Positions 1 through 12,900 of a DNA stretch of 55,659 nt are shown here, piece by piece. Source of the stretch: Chromera velia (taxonomy: Eukaryota); NCBI GenBank assembly GCA_018398765.1, contig JAHBMJ010000160.1:1-55659 (forward strand), written 5' to 3'. A model generated the notes under the pieces. The model did no database searches, was not told where the DNA came from, and saw only the letters and a program-made list of their open reading frames with translations. Within the stretch, counting starts at the first letter, position 1, and each line of letters starts with the position of its first letter. Position numbers and translations under genes: made by a program.

Positions 1-71
1 AGAAAGAAAGAGGGGGAGAGAGAGAGAGAGAGAGAGAGAAAGAAAGAGAGCGAGAGAGAAAGAGAGAGAGA

Positions 72-136
<65 letters not shown>

Positions 137-150
137 AGAAAGAAAGAGAG

Positions 151-242
<92 letters not shown>
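1..242. repeat. (AG)n/(AAAG)n microsatellite
   Basis: Pure purine AG/AAAG repeats read directly. Confidence 0.97.
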
Positions 243-244
<2 letters not shown>

Positions 245-974
245 GCAGGCAAATTGTCAAACAAACAGGCAAAGACAGAGACATGACGACGCGCATCCGG
301 GAACCACCGATATAGCTACCCGGCAAGGAAGCCTCTCGTTACAGCGGAGACAAGGTGGATCTATAAATACAATGACAATCATTGTGGGTTGGCTGACGGA
401 TTGGCTACAAACCTTTCATACACAGCAGTTGGTATGGCGAACCCATTCATACGTCCACATCTGCTGCTCAGACACTGCTGTGATACTCATAGCGCGTCTC
501 TTTCATGCATACGCAACTTGTGTGTGTTCTATCCTACCCCCCCCCCCCCCNNNNNNNNNNNNNNNNNNNNNNNNNNNNNNNNNNTTTCCCCCTTCTTAAG
601 TCGAACTCCCATCTTGGCGACGTTCACGATCATCCACTACTGTCAGACAGAGAGGATTCGTCGCTGCACAGGAGCCATACCGAGCTCCTCCCACTGCTTT
701 GGTAAACCCAGCTGCTTTTCATTCATACCTCCTCCATGCATCCCTCGGGCTTGTGGGTTAGTTCAGCTGTGATCGAGACGTTCTGACATCAGCGTGCGAC
801 AGTTCTCTCTCGTTCATGGTGTGACAGGGACTGTGTGTCACCCCGGCAGTACTGTTGTTGCAAGCGTACTGGGTAAACAACGGCCAGTGAGACTCTTTTC
901 AGACTGACGGTGTTGCTTCTACTGTCAGCCCCCCCTTTCTACTTCCTTTGACCTAGGTTCTTTCTTTCAATCGG

Positions 975-1529
975 TTAGAAGGGAAGTTTTGATGGTTGGC
1001 CGTCCTTGTCCTTTTGGTAATGGATCTCACCCGCGCCCTGGAGAGGCGGGGGGATCCCGCTCCCCCCCTGCGGTGCTGGAGCCCCCGCTGCCTGCTGTCC
1101 CTGGTTCCTTCTGACGATCCCGAACAGCATCTCGCGACTCCTTGGGAACACACACGCAACAATGAGGGCAACGCAGAAGAGAGCCAAGATCAGCCACGCA
1201 ACCCAGATCATCTCTGCCAACGTGACAAACACCACAATGAGCACGACTGCTGCACAGACACCAGAAGCCATCCAGCAGGACCACCGAGCCCACTTCTCCC
1301 GCATGCTGCCCTGAACAGCAGGATTCATGAACTTGTGATATGCGAAGTTACCACAACCTGGGAGAATGAGCCAAGACAGGAAAAAGGTGATTTTGGCACA
1401 CTGTTCCTGCTTCCTTTCCTTGTCGGTTTCCGCATTCACTGCTGACTGCGGTACTGAACCGCTGCCGATAATGGGCATCGGCCGATTGCCTCCATTCCCC
1501 AACGGCTGTGGTTGAGTTGAGTTGTACAT
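975..1529 (-). CDS. Hypothetical small membrane protein (184 aa, 2-3 predicted TM segments)
   Basis: ATG-to-TAA ORF with protein-like composition; hydrophobic stretches KITFFLSWLILP, VCAAVVLIVVFVTL and IWVAWLILALFCVALIVACVF flanked by Pro/Gly-rich polar tails. No family recognised. Confidence 0.55.
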   Translation of the reverse strand: MYNSTQPQPLGNGGNRPMPIIGSGSVPQSAVNAETDKERKQEQCAKITFFLSWLILPGCGNFAYHKFMNPAVQGSMREKWARWSCWMASGVCAAVVLIVVFVTLAEMIWVAWLILALFCVALIVACVFPRSREMLFGIVRRNQGQQAAGAPAPQGGSGIPPPLQGAGEIHYQKDKDGQPSKLPF

Positions 1530-1905
1530 TCTCCCTCCGTTTCCCGTGTCCGTTCGGAATGTGACCTGTTCCTTGTCTCGCTTCAGTCACTGGGAGCGAA
1601 AGCAAGGCAAACCAGCGACTGTCTGAAGCACTGGATCGAGTTCTGATGTCAACTGTGCAACACGTTCAAGGAGGCGATGGCAAAGCTGCAACAGTGCGAG
1701 GACCCTCTTCGCCGACGTCTGAAAATTGGGCTAGGCTGAAAGCTTTGGATTGCTGGAGCCGATAGGGTGTAGTGAAGTGCACCCGGGTGGCAGTTACCGT
1801 TTTAAAAATCCATTATTTCGATCTTGAAATGATTGCCTGACCTTCGAAGCTTCTGTTGCCCATGGCACCGAAATTGCATGGATGCATGCCTGCGGGCCAT
1901 GCACA

Positions 1906-2265
1906 TCTACTACCACTATTATACTAGACACACGCGCGGGGGGGCGCGGGGGCGCGCGGGGGGCGCGGGGGCCCCGGAAAGACCACCGCCAAAAATGGTC
2001 CCGCAAGCGAAAAATTAACCAAACGCTACGGGTGAGTGCCTTGCGCGCGCCGCGCCGTATATGACTCGCGCCCGCCAAAAGGGTGAGTGCCTTGGAATTC
2101 AAATTATCCGGCTGGGGACATTTGACGGGCCATAAATGTTTGACGGGCCAGGAATATTTGACGGGCCACAGATATTTGACGGGCCGGGCTATTGTTTGAC
2201 GGGCCAGGGATATTTGATGAGCCTGGCAGTCTTGACCGGCTCCTTTTTTTGACAGGCCAGGCTAG
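1906..2265 (+). mobile_element. Candidate short non-autonomous Helitron-like element
   Basis: A|TCTACTAC 5' end at 1905/1906 and CTAG|T 3' end at 2262-2266; subterminal inverted repeat AGCCTGGC (2220-2227)/GCCAGGCT (2256-2263); no TSD; internal tandem array. Confidence 0.4.
2121..2258 (+). repeat. Array of TTTGACGGGCC at ~18-bp period
   Basis: Perfect copies at 2121, 2139, 2157, 2175 and 2195; degenerate copies at 2213, 2231 and 2248; 6-9 nt variable spacers. Confidence 0.9.
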
Positions 2266-2797
2266 TACTTAGGCTAAATCTTAGAGCATGCAGGCTTGCA
2301 CCATGCATGCACGCGCAGATTGCCGCGCTCGCGCTCGCGGCCCTTTCTATGCAAGGGGCGCGGACCCTTTGAGGCCGCGGCCTTTCAATGAGAGTGCTGC
2401 GAGAAGTCTGACATAGTCTGACAGTGATTGTGCCTCGATCACAGAGTGAGTCGCTGCGCACCTCATGGTCTTTTCGATTCAGTTTCTGGTTTTCTCAATT
2501 TGGGTTCCATGCCAGACTTTGAGTTCCGTCGCATTGTTTTTTTATCCTCGTCTGTTTGTGCACGTGCAAACCTCTCCCCTATTTTCAAGCCGTCTCCGAA
2601 AACAGAAGAGATACGTGAAGGGCGTCCGAGTGCCCTTTGCTCGTCTCCTGCCTCGTCTCTTCGCCTAGAATGCGGCGACTTTCCAAATAAATGAGGGCAG
2701 CAAGCCTGTCGTGAGAAGTAGCCCTCCTTTTTTGTCTCACTGATCGGAGACTGCTTACAGCTTACAAAGAAAAAAAGCGTGGCATGCGTAAGACAGG

Positions 2798-5700
2798 ATG
2801 GTGATGAACGATCTCATTCAAAAGACCTCCAAGCAGCTTGCGGTCTCAAAGCAGCATGGCAGCCGGATGTCTTTGGACTCTCGTAGGCGCTTCTTGTTGC
2901 TCCTTGCCATTGCTTTTCTTCTCCTCTTTGTGGCACGCACGCGCGGAGGTACTCTGGTGCTTTTACTCGCTGCTGCTCTCTTTGAACTCGCAGCATCTTC
3001 CTGCAGAGCAGTGAAGGCGCTCCTTGTGACGAAGCCGCAGACGATGGGGACACTAGGGTGTCTGATACTTCTCAGTCTGGTTGTTCTTGTCGATGTCATC
3101 TTGCTCAAGGGAGAGGAGTCTGCTGGGGGCGGCGGCGCCTCCCTTCCTCTGGGGCCCTTCGCGTCCAGAGGAACGAAAGGGACCCTCCCGCCCCCTCTAT
3201 CGACGCCGCGAGAAGGGACGCGGCAAGTCAGTGAAGGGAAGGAGTGAAGGAAAGGGAAGAGGGAAAACATTCGATGTCTGTGTGGGCATATCCAGTGTAA
3301 TTTCCTTCCTTCCAAATCTGTCTCTGTCTGCCTGCCTTCCTGCCAATACATCTCTTCTTTCTTTCATTCCTGTCGACCCTTCCCAGAAGCAAGGCGCTCT
3401 TCGTTCATCTTTCACTCACCCTTTGTTCTTCAATGATACCACCCTAAAATGCAGGTGAGCATTGTGATTCCTGCCCGAAACGAAGACCTCTACATTGCCC
3501 GCACAGTCGAGTTTATTCTCCTGGAGACCCCTCTCCATTTGTTGAAGGAGATCCTCATCGTCGACGACGGCAGCGAGACGGCGGTTGAGAAGGTGTTGCT
3601 GAGAGACGTGAGAGCCCCAGAGGGGTGGCAGGAGTACGTGAGGGTCGTGAGGAGCAAAACGAAGCAGGGACTCATCAGGGCCAGGATCTTGGGAGCAGAT
3701 CTGGCAGAAGGGGAGCTGGTTCTGTTCATGGACGGGCATTGCAGGTAGGTCTGTTTGTTGATTTGTTTGCTCGTTGCGTGCGTCGACGCTGCATGTTTGT
3801 TTGTCGCTGCAGGGTCTGAGCTCAGCCTCCGTTTTTTGTGTGTGTATGTGATGTCTGTGTTTTCTTCTTCGATGCATGACGGTCAAAATGTGAGGGGCGC
3901 ACGAGGTTGATTTGTTTGTTTGTTTCTGTGGATTGGTTTAGGGAGACGGGAGGGGAAACGGGGTTGAGCGAACAGGCAGGAGAGCTGTGTCGGTGAAAGG
4001 CTTTGTTCCTCTCCCGCTTCTGCATTTGGTGTTGTAGACTTCAAACACTCTCTTGCAGCTTCTGCATTTGGTGTTGTAGACTTCAAACACTCTCTTGCAG
4101 CTTCTGCATTTGGTGTCGTAGACTTCAAGCACTCTCTTGCAGAGATAAATTCGTTTGTATGCATCTTCATATGCATCGCGTAGAGCATGCAACTATATAT
4201 AAATATTGTTAAATGTGTACGAGAGAGAGAGTGCACGCATGCATGCAGGGTGACTCGGGGGTACTTGGAGCCTCTGCTCGAGCAGGTGAAGGAGAACTAC
4301 AGGCGGGTGGCTGTCCCTGTGGTGCCTGCGATGAACGGAACGAATTGGGAATTGCTGGACACAGAGGGCGCCAAGATGATGTTCGATTGGAACTTTCAGT
4401 TCAATTGGTTGGTTCGCTGGTTGGTTGGCCGAGTCGTTGGCTTCTTGATTGTTGGATTCGTTGGTTGGTTGGTCGAGTCGTTGGCTTCTTGATTGTTGGA
4501 TTCCTTGGTTGGATGGTCGAGTCGTTGGCTCCTTGATTGTTGGATTCGTTGGTTGGTTGGTTGGTTGGTCGAGTCGTTGGCTTCTTGATTGTTGGATTCG
4601 TTGGTTGGTTGGTTGGTCGAGTCGTTGGCTTCTTGATTGTTAGATTCGTTGGTTGGATGAATGGCTGGCTTCCTTTCTGTAGACGCGTTCATCTTGTTTT
4701 TCGGTTTGTCTCTGCTTCATACCCATTTCTGTCTGTGCTTCTTTCTTTGTTTGTCTCTGTGTTTCTGTATTTGATTCGATCGTTTGCCTTCCGCAGGTAC
4801 GACGACGGAGGAGATGAGGTTCCAATCGCCTCTGGGGGGATTTTGTTGATCGACAAGAGGTGGTGGGTAGAGAGTGGAAAGTACGATCCTTGGCAGTTGG
4901 AGTGGGGGGGAGAGAACATCGAGATGTCAATCAGGGTTTGGCTCTGCGGAGGAGAAATCGTCGTCGTGCGCAGCTCCAAAATTGGGCACATCTTCAACAG
5001 GTAGGTGTGCTGTGAAGGGCAGAGGAGAATAGAAAGTGTTTTTCACCTTTCAAGGGGACGTCTTGAGAATCCAGTGCAGGCAGATTGTGTGTAAGGGATG
5101 GATGGAGACTCAGGGATGGAGACAACAATGCAGGAAGGAGAGGGATGGAGACTCAGGGATGGAGACAACCATGCAGGAAGGAGATGGATGGAGACTCAGG
5201 GATGGAGACAACCATGCAGGAAGGAGATGGAGGGAGACTCAGGGATGGAGACAACCATGCAGGCAGGAAGGAGATGGATGCATCAAGCGTACATGTATCA
5301 ACATGTTCTTAGACGAAGAGGGAACTCAAGTGATCTACCGCCCATCCTTCTCTGTCCTCCCCCCCCCCAATTCAACAATGCGCAGACGGACGCGTGAACC
5401 CTCGCTGTCTCGGAGCTTTATGTTATCTTCTCTCTCTTCTCCTCCAACCCTTCTGCCCTCCCTCCCTCCCTGCCGGCAACCGGACCGCGGGAAGGAAGGA
5501 AGGACCAGACAAGTACTGCACCCAAATTCCCAATCGAATTCAAATTCTGTCCATGCAGACATGCAGGCCATCACTCCTGTTTCTTCCTTTCTTGCTGCAG
5601 ACCGAACCAGGACAAGAAGGTGACCATCAAGGATGCACCAGAGCGCAACAACGCTAGAGCTGCGAGGGTGTGGCTGGATGATTACTACAAGTACTTCTCG

Positions 5701-8326
5701 CAGGCGACTCCACAAACTGGTCAGCCCGGAAAAAAAGAAATCTATGCTCTTCCGTGTGTGCAGATGCATATCCTCAGCCTGCCCTGCCCTGACCTGACCT
5801 GACAGACAGTAACTCAGACAGCCTGTCTCCTTCCTTGCGTAGACACTCCCTGTTCCCCCCACCACTTCAAACGAGACGAGGCAAGAGTGAGTGCAGATGC
5901 ACTGAATTAACTGTTTAGAGCTTTCCATCCCTCAATTTTCTCATCAATGGTATCCAGTCCCTTGTTCGGAGACACAACCACACGACGGCAGTGGTTGAGG
6001 GAAGTTGAACATGAGTACTTTTTTTCTCATCACCTGGCTCACGTTCCTTGCTTAAATGTTTGTTTCACCTTTGCAGTGCACATGGAGCTCGGTCCGGGCC
6101 TCGTAGAGAGGATTGCCCTCCGACAGCAGATGAAATGCAGGGGATTCGAGTGGTGAGTTGAGGAAGTGCTTCTTTTGCTCTTCTTTCTTTTCGTTTTGGA
6201 GACCTTCTGCTCACAAAATGCGACGCTAGTAGTTTGTTAGCGGTATCCTCGTGTTCCAAAAAACCAATATGCTCCCGCATGTGTCTGTCTGTGCGTTTCT
6301 TTCTTCTTTCAGCTGCTATGTGGAGCAACTCTGTTCCTGTCTTTTTCTTGCCTTCTCCTCTTCTCGGTTTTTCGCCCTGCTTCTGTTTTTTGTCGTCTTT
6401 CTGAAATTCCCTCCAGGACTTTACTGCAATTTGAATGTCGTGGAAGAGAAAGCACAACAGCACTCTCTGGTCCAGCGTCTGCATTCACACACACATGCTT
6501 ACGCACACACTCACACAAAGAGAAGAGAAAAAGACATAAGAGGGGGAGAGGGAGAAGGCGCGCGCATGAATAAGAGCAGCATTGACCGAAGGACAGTGCT
6601 TCTTCTGCTAATTACCGCTCTTTGCCACCCGTCGTCGCTTTCCAATCCCCTCTCCTCACTCACTGACAGGTTTGTCAGCCGCTTCCGTTCGGCCTTTGAA
6701 CGCCGCGGCCTGCTGGCCGGGTCCTTCCATCACCTCCGGCACGTGCGAAGTCGTTGGTGCCTCTCATCCAAATCCGTCAGGTTGGTTTATGCATTTGCCT
6801 TCATACAGAATTCGTTTTCATACAGAAAGCAAATGCACGTGCGAAGTCGTTGGTGCCTCTCGTCCAAATCCGTCAGGTCGGTTGTCTTTGTTGTCTTGTC
6901 TTCACTGGCTCCATCAATCTGGTTTTTGATTCTATAGATGGAAAGGGGGAGCGCGTAGACGGACAATAAACGACACGCCATGCTCCCCCCTCTGTTTGTC
7001 CACCTGCCCTTAGTTCCATTTGTGTGCTTGCTTATGTTCCTGTGACGTTCATGCATGTGCGAAGGAGGAAAGGTGTCGATCTGAATGCCAGCGAAGCGGG
7101 ATGAAGGTCTGCAGAGTGCTGACCTACAAAATGTTTTTCCTTTCGGGCATGTACAGGAATTAACAACGGTGCTAAGGACGACCCCGAAGTATTTCTCGCC
7201 CCTGACTTTACTTTGGATATTATTAATGTCGATAGAAATAGATTTTTTCGTGAAGACGAATTTTGTGCGTCGATCCTTGTGCAGTGATCAGCAAATCGCA
7301 GAAGGCACCCACCCCCCCGTGTTTCTGGCGCCTTGCTCTAGGACGGACGAGACTCAACGGTGGACAGTTGTGAACGGAGGCAGGATGCTGTTGAATATGA
7401 AGATCGGGAAATGCCTCGACAGACTCTGGGCACCTTTCGGATCGCACAGCCGGTAGGTGGGTGGGCTGCGTTTTTTGGGAATCGGAGTGTCGTCATTCCA
7501 GGGGTGCACGGTTTCCTTGAGTCACTGCGCATGCGTCCATACAAATATGATGCGTGATGAGATCAAGAGGAAAGTGTGGCACTTCAAGGTTTTGATTCTT
7601 TTTCTTTTTCATGAGGAGCCAAGCTGGAAGAAAGTCAACAGCGACTAGCTTGGAGTTCGTTTATTCAAGAGGTGAGAAGGGTAAATGCGTTGGTTCATGG
7701 ACACGCCCCATGCCTGCCTGCCTGCCTGAGCCCCTGTTGTGATTCTTTCTTGCCCCGTGTGTGCGAACGGTTTGTGCAGAGAGACGCCTGCGTTGTTCCA
7801 GTGCGACTGGGAGGGGGTGGCGGAAGGAAAGAACGGAAATCAGTTGTGGCAATTTGACAACAGGGAGAGACCGGGAGAGATGGGAGACTTGAAAGGAGAA
7901 GGTGAATCCAGTGTAGAAGAAGGGGAGGCGCTCAGCAGGCGAATTTTCACATTTCCTGTCGAAGACGGAGACGGTTCGATTGGGGAGCAGCGGCCGCCAC
8001 TTGCCCCAAAGCCGCCTGCACGCATGCGACGAAGACAACCGGAGGGCATTGCAGACTCAGACTCTGCTGCCTCTGTGAGGAAAGGGGGGGCAGACGCGGA
8101 TGTGATTCAGCATGAGAAGGCAACTCTGCCTTCCTCGATGTGTCTAACAAACGATTTGGTGTTTGACTCGGCAGACGATTCGCGCCCCGAGGGGTTGGGT
8201 GCGCAAGACCGTAGGTATGCAGATCGATGGAAACACTCGAAGGACACGGTGTACATGGCTCCGTGTGGTGCCCCTGTGCCTCTGCATCGATGGACAGATC
8301 CGCAGGAATTTGAATTCATTTGGTAG
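2798..8326 (+). CDS. GALNT: Polypeptide N-acetylgalactosaminyltransferase (GT27, GT-A catalytic domain plus ricin-type lectin), 9 exons, ~700 aa
   Basis: Exons 2798-3226, 3455-3744, 4249-4407, 4797-5000, 5601-5719, 6077-6152, 6670-6780, 7285-7452 and 7780-8326 join in phase via GT-AG introns (2103 nt). Motifs: VSIVIPARNE, EILIVDDGS, GLIRARILGA, DxH (FMDGHC), WGGENIEMSIRVWLCGG, GHIF, RAARVWLDDY, and ricin QxW repeats (CSRTDETQRW, GKCLD, NQLWQFD). Start codon uncertain. Confidence 0.93.
4016..4141. repeat. Intronic 42-bp minisatellite, 3 copies
   Basis: GCTTCTGCATTTGGTGTTGTAGACTTCAAACACTCTCTTGCA at 4016, 4058 and 4100. Confidence 0.95.
4408..4660. repeat. Intronic ~39-47-bp minisatellite (GGTTGGTCGAGTCGTTGGCTTCTTGATTGTTGGATTC...)
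   Basis: About 5 tandem copies with a variable number of GGTT units, starting at the exon 3 donor. Confidence 0.9.
5097..5280. repeat. Intronic ~40-bp minisatellite (GGATGGAGACTCAGGGATGGAGACAACCATGCAGGAAGGA)
   Basis: About 4 tandem copies read directly. Confidence 0.9.
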
Positions 8327-8396
8327 AAAAAATAAGAGGTGGTCGCTTGATGGCAGTTCAGTAATGAGAAGTCCATGGTCACATACTGCAGATCAG

Positions 8397-8397
<1 letters not shown>

Positions 8398-8431
<34 letters not shown>

Positions 8432-8432
8432 G

Positions 8433-8468
<36 letters not shown>

Positions 8469-8475
8469 ACACACG
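8398..8475. repeat. (CA)n microsatellite
   Basis: Read directly. Confidence 0.95.
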
Positions 8476-9101
8476 GAAAGAAAGAAAATGTATACCCTGA
8501 AAATGTATACTCTTAGCCACGTTTGGGGAGCCCCCAGATAGAATTTTTTCCTATTTCTGTCTTTTTCTACAAGTTGGTGTTTATAGCCAGCGTAAATGAC
8601 ATCTTTGTTGAATGCTTCAGAGTGTTACGGCATATATGATTTAAATATATTTAAAATGCGTGGTCTTGAAATGTATTTTTTGGCTACTACGGCCGCAGAC
8701 GGTTTCTTTTCCTGTCTTTTCTTGTCCATAGCCATTTGTACTATAATTTTTTCATTTCGATTTTTAAGATTGTTAACTGAGATTCACCCTTTTCCCATTG
8801 TATATTCCAATTACTTTGGATAACAGTTTTTGATTTTTATCGTTAATCGGGGGCTTGTTTATCTAAAGAGTCCTCTTCTTTTCATGGTTTTCTAAACTAA
8901 CTTTTCTTTGTCCAGATCGTTAAATTTAAAATTACAAAAAGAATAGCTGAATTTTTTTTTTTCCCCCTAAAAGGCCCCAAAGTACAGAGGATAACAGAAG
9001 ATGATGGACTCAGATGGAGAGGTGTAAGCAGTCTGCAGTTGCGAGTGGCCAATACTACAGTAAAAAGCGAAAAAGTCAGATTTCAATATGCTGCGTAGGA
9101 T

Positions 9102-9535
9102 CAATGCCTGTAAAGCCACCATTTTGAGCCCCGCGGCGCGGCTCTTTAATTTGGTCTGCGGCGTAGCCGCGGATTCTTTCAAGCCCCTCCATGGCCACGC
9201 ACCCTTCCCTATCCCCCCCCCCCCCCCCNNNNNNNNNNNCCGCCCGCCCTGCTAATATATACTTATAAAACGAGCAATTTGCACCGCAGACGCCAAAATT
9301 TTTCGGGAGGCTCTTTAGTATGCATGTTTTCACTGTGTTTTGACAAGTCTGTGAATGGTTTGTCGCGGGGCTCCACAGAGTAGCTTGGAAAGTCCTTCCG
9401 CGGCGCGGTGCGGACACGAGGAAACTTTCCTCCGCGGCGTGCCGCGGAGCGGGCGCCCCGCGGCAGCTATAGAGTGGGGCCGCTCCGCGGCCCCGCGGCG
9501 TTTACCCACAAACGCTGCGGGCTTTATAGGCATTG
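9102..9535. mobile_element. MITE family A, copy 1 (16-bp TIR)
   Basis: CAATGCCTGTAAAGCC ... GGCTTTATAGGCATTG (1 mismatch); homologous in inverted orientation to 53836-54247; CCGCGG-rich subtermini. Confidence 0.88.
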
Positions 9536-9946
9536 TATTCACATTGCGTGGGACCCCTTACGCGAAGAAACTGCAGGGGTTAGTGCCTTGGTGTGCGAGA
9601 AAAAAAATCGCGCATGCAACTTGAATCCCGTTCTCGCATGTGAGTGCCACATGAGTGCCACAATGCATGTGCCACAGAGATCAGCAATCGAAAGAAGACT
9701 GAAAGTGGTTTGTCGTGGCTGACTCACTGAGTAAGGCAGCTTTAAATTAAGAACCTCCACATGTTGAGAAATTATTCACAGAAGTAGGGTTCTTGATGCA
9801 GAGCAAGATCCCAAGCAAAGTCTTTCTTTAATACTGACTCGCTTACGATGAACTGACCTCCTTCCACTTCAATGAGACGGCTGGGTGGATAGATATCTTG
9901 CAACAGGCATTTGTGCAGAAGCGAAAGGCAGGGGAGGGGTCAATAA

Positions 9947-12900
9947 ATGGCTGTCAATATTGAGGCTCCGGCCCCCTCCCTCAGGCCGGGGAGCGTCGTG
10001 GTGGACCGGCAGACGCGGAGCTTCCCAGCCCTTCGCCTGACCCCAAAAGTGTGGGTGATCAGGACACCGCAAGTGTTTGAAGGGCAGAGCGGGCACATCG
10101 CTCAGCTGTTCTCCTTCCTTGGATGGGATGAGAAGCCGGGAGAGCGCAGTTACCATGCTTTCTGGGACCTCTCACGGTATAGTTCTTATAGTGAGACTCA
10201 CGAGAGGGGTGCTGAGAGAACGAGGACTTACAAAAGGCCGTGTCTGGTTGATCGCTTCGGCTCGAGACTTCGTCATCAGATTCTTCTATACAGTCTCCCA
10301 GAACATGGGCCGCCTCCCCTTCAGATGCTTTTTGATCTCTGTAGCAGTGTTCTTTTTTGGCTTTTTCTAGACAGGAAACACGTGGCGGTACTCAATGTGC
10401 ACGAGCTGCACGCAGGGAAGCCGTGTGTGTTGCTCTGCGTTCTTTGCTGTCTGCTCCTTGCTTTGGGGGAAGCGGCATCACCCGCAGAGAGCATAGAGAT
10501 CCTACAGGAAAGGCATGCAGAGCAGAAGGCATCAGGGGGGAGTGAAAAAAGAGGAGAGACGGAAGAAACTGATGGTCTTGGGGGAGCAGATGCAGACAGA
10601 GAAGCAGGAGGCAGGGGACGAAGAAGCAAATCCACACCACGGTCCTTGATCGGATGGGTAGAGGAGTCTATCTGGCACCCTTCATCGCGACGCTACTTGG
10701 AGCTTTTCTTCTCTGTCCTCTCACCGGAAGCAAGGGTGGGCATCGATCTGCCATTTTTTACGTTTCGAAGTCTAGGTCCATGTCCCTCTACTTGGTTTTT
10801 CCGTATCTCCTCCCTTCTCTTCGGATCTCTGTGTATGCGCATCTCCACGTCCCTCCCTTCTTCTCTTGATGCTCTTTTTGATGCCCAGCCTCGAGCAGTC
10901 ACACACTCAGATGCACAATGCAACGTACCATTCTCTCATACGTCCCAGCGGGAGAATTTCAGTCTGATTACTTTCTTTCTCCCCGTACTTTTGCATCAGC
11001 ACATACAATGTCAGGCAGTCTGTTTGATTGGCTCATGACCACCGAGGCACTATCCGTTGCTTCCCCCCCTACGTGCCTGCCTGCAGAGGACCATTGCCCC
11101 TCCCCGGTCGGTCTCTCTTGCCCTTCCTCTCCGACCGCACCCGAGGGAGGAATTTCATCAACCCTCCAGACAGACCCCCGGGCTCTGTGCGGCTCCGTGT
11201 ATCTTGCAGAAAGTGGAGATTGTCGCGATCCCTGGTCTCTTCCCCTTCAATGCTCTGTCTCCTTCTGGGGCAGTGGCAGAGAAAGGGGAAGAGACGGCCC
11301 TCCTCGAGGATCTCTCTGTGGAGGTTTACTTTCTCCAGTGTCCTCTTTCTTCTCAAAATGCGTTTTTTTCTTTCACGTCCGCCAGACACGCAACGAAGAA
11401 ACGAGGGGGGCGAGGAGCCTCTGTGAGATCGCATCCCTACCTAGGCTTGAAGTCGTTGCTTCGTTTGAAGCAGGCAGGTGGGGAGGGGGAGACTGAGGAT
11501 TTGAGTGGAAGCACGGACACCAGCAGCAATCGTCGCAGTGCGAGTGTTTCCTCAAAAGCGCCTCAAGAGGATGAGGAGCAAGAAGAGACGGGAGGCGTGG
11601 GAGGCGCACCGTCTGTCTCTGCAGAGACGGCGATCGTCAGATCCCCCCGTGTGTCCCGCTCCGTCGGCAGGGAGACGGAAACCCCGGATCATACATGTGC
11701 CGATAGGGAGAGAAAGGGAGATTCGCCCCCTCCGCTCTTTTCTGGAAAAGGAAGACAGCAGAGACGGGTAAGAAATCGAACAAGCAAAAGTAAGCATACG
11801 GTAGAGAAGAGTGGAACGAGGATACCCAGGCAATCAGGATTAAAGTCTGGGAAGTCTGGTTTAGGCATCACGGATGCACGCGGAGTATTTCCGCTTGCGC
11901 GTGTGTCTGCACCTCCTAGTTTTAGTGACGAAGAGGAGGGAGATGAAGTGATGGAAACAGTCAACGGAGGAAGAGGGGCAGTTTCCAGCAGTGGTAGCGA
12001 ACGGGGTGATGGAGAAGAAGGTGTTTTTTGTATTCGGGGTAGCCGGGTAGAAAATTTGACTGTTAACTTTCCTGGGAGTTTTGTGGTTGGCACTGGGAGT
12101 TCCCCCCTGTCTGATGAAAGTTCCTCTTCCTCATTAGGCAGTGGCGTGGAAGAAGATGACCAGGGGGGGGGGAGGGAGAAGAGGAGGAAGGCAAAGAGGG
12201 GGGAAAAGGGGCGGAAACGACCCTTGTCGAGTTCAGCTCCTGTCTTATTAGAAGGACCTTCCTTGTGTGAGATGGTGCCGCTATCCGGTAGCGGCCTTTC
12301 CTCACTCACCCTCTCCCCCCCCGGAGCCATTGTTTCTGCCTCCTCTCCGGTGCCTCCGGGAGAGAACGGAAGAGGTTCAACAGAAGCAGAATCTGGGTGT
12401 AGAAAGCTGACGGCAGATCTGACGTTGGGGGGATTGAGTCCGGGGTGTCTGGTTGCAGGGGACCTGGTTCTTTTGTTGCGGTCAAAAGAATCGAAACAAG
12501 CCGCTCTCCTCCAGTGTCATTCTGGGTTCCTCAGCGGTGTATCAGACGAGAGGTTTGTAGGGTCGCCGTTGGGGCCCTCGGCAGGGGCTGAAAGATCCTC
12601 TTCCTCGTCCTCGTTTGTGGAGATGGAAGTGAAACTTTCGGCTTCGGACTTTGACCAGTCAGTCAGTCAGTCAGGCAGTCATCGAGTGGGGCAAGAAAAA
12701 AGGCAGGTTGGCTTGTTTCTCTTTGCTTTTTCTCTTTCTGAATAGTCCCACAGTGAGTCCTCGCAAGAGAACAAAATAGAAAGATACCCTTATTTATACA
12801 GCAATGTATCCAATTGTGCCTGCCTTGCATTTTCCCCTGCTCTTTGAACTGATGCTGTCCCTCTTTTCTTTCACTTGTTGTGCGCAGAATAAATTTGTAT

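Noticed and set aside
2121..2258. CRISPR-like repeat-spacer array
   Set aside because: Repeat is 11 bp and spacers are 6-9 bp, far too short; eukaryotic context; no cas genes.
4016..4141. CRISPR repeat (GTTGTAGACT-like)
   Set aside because: Head-to-tail identical units with no spacers, inside an intron.
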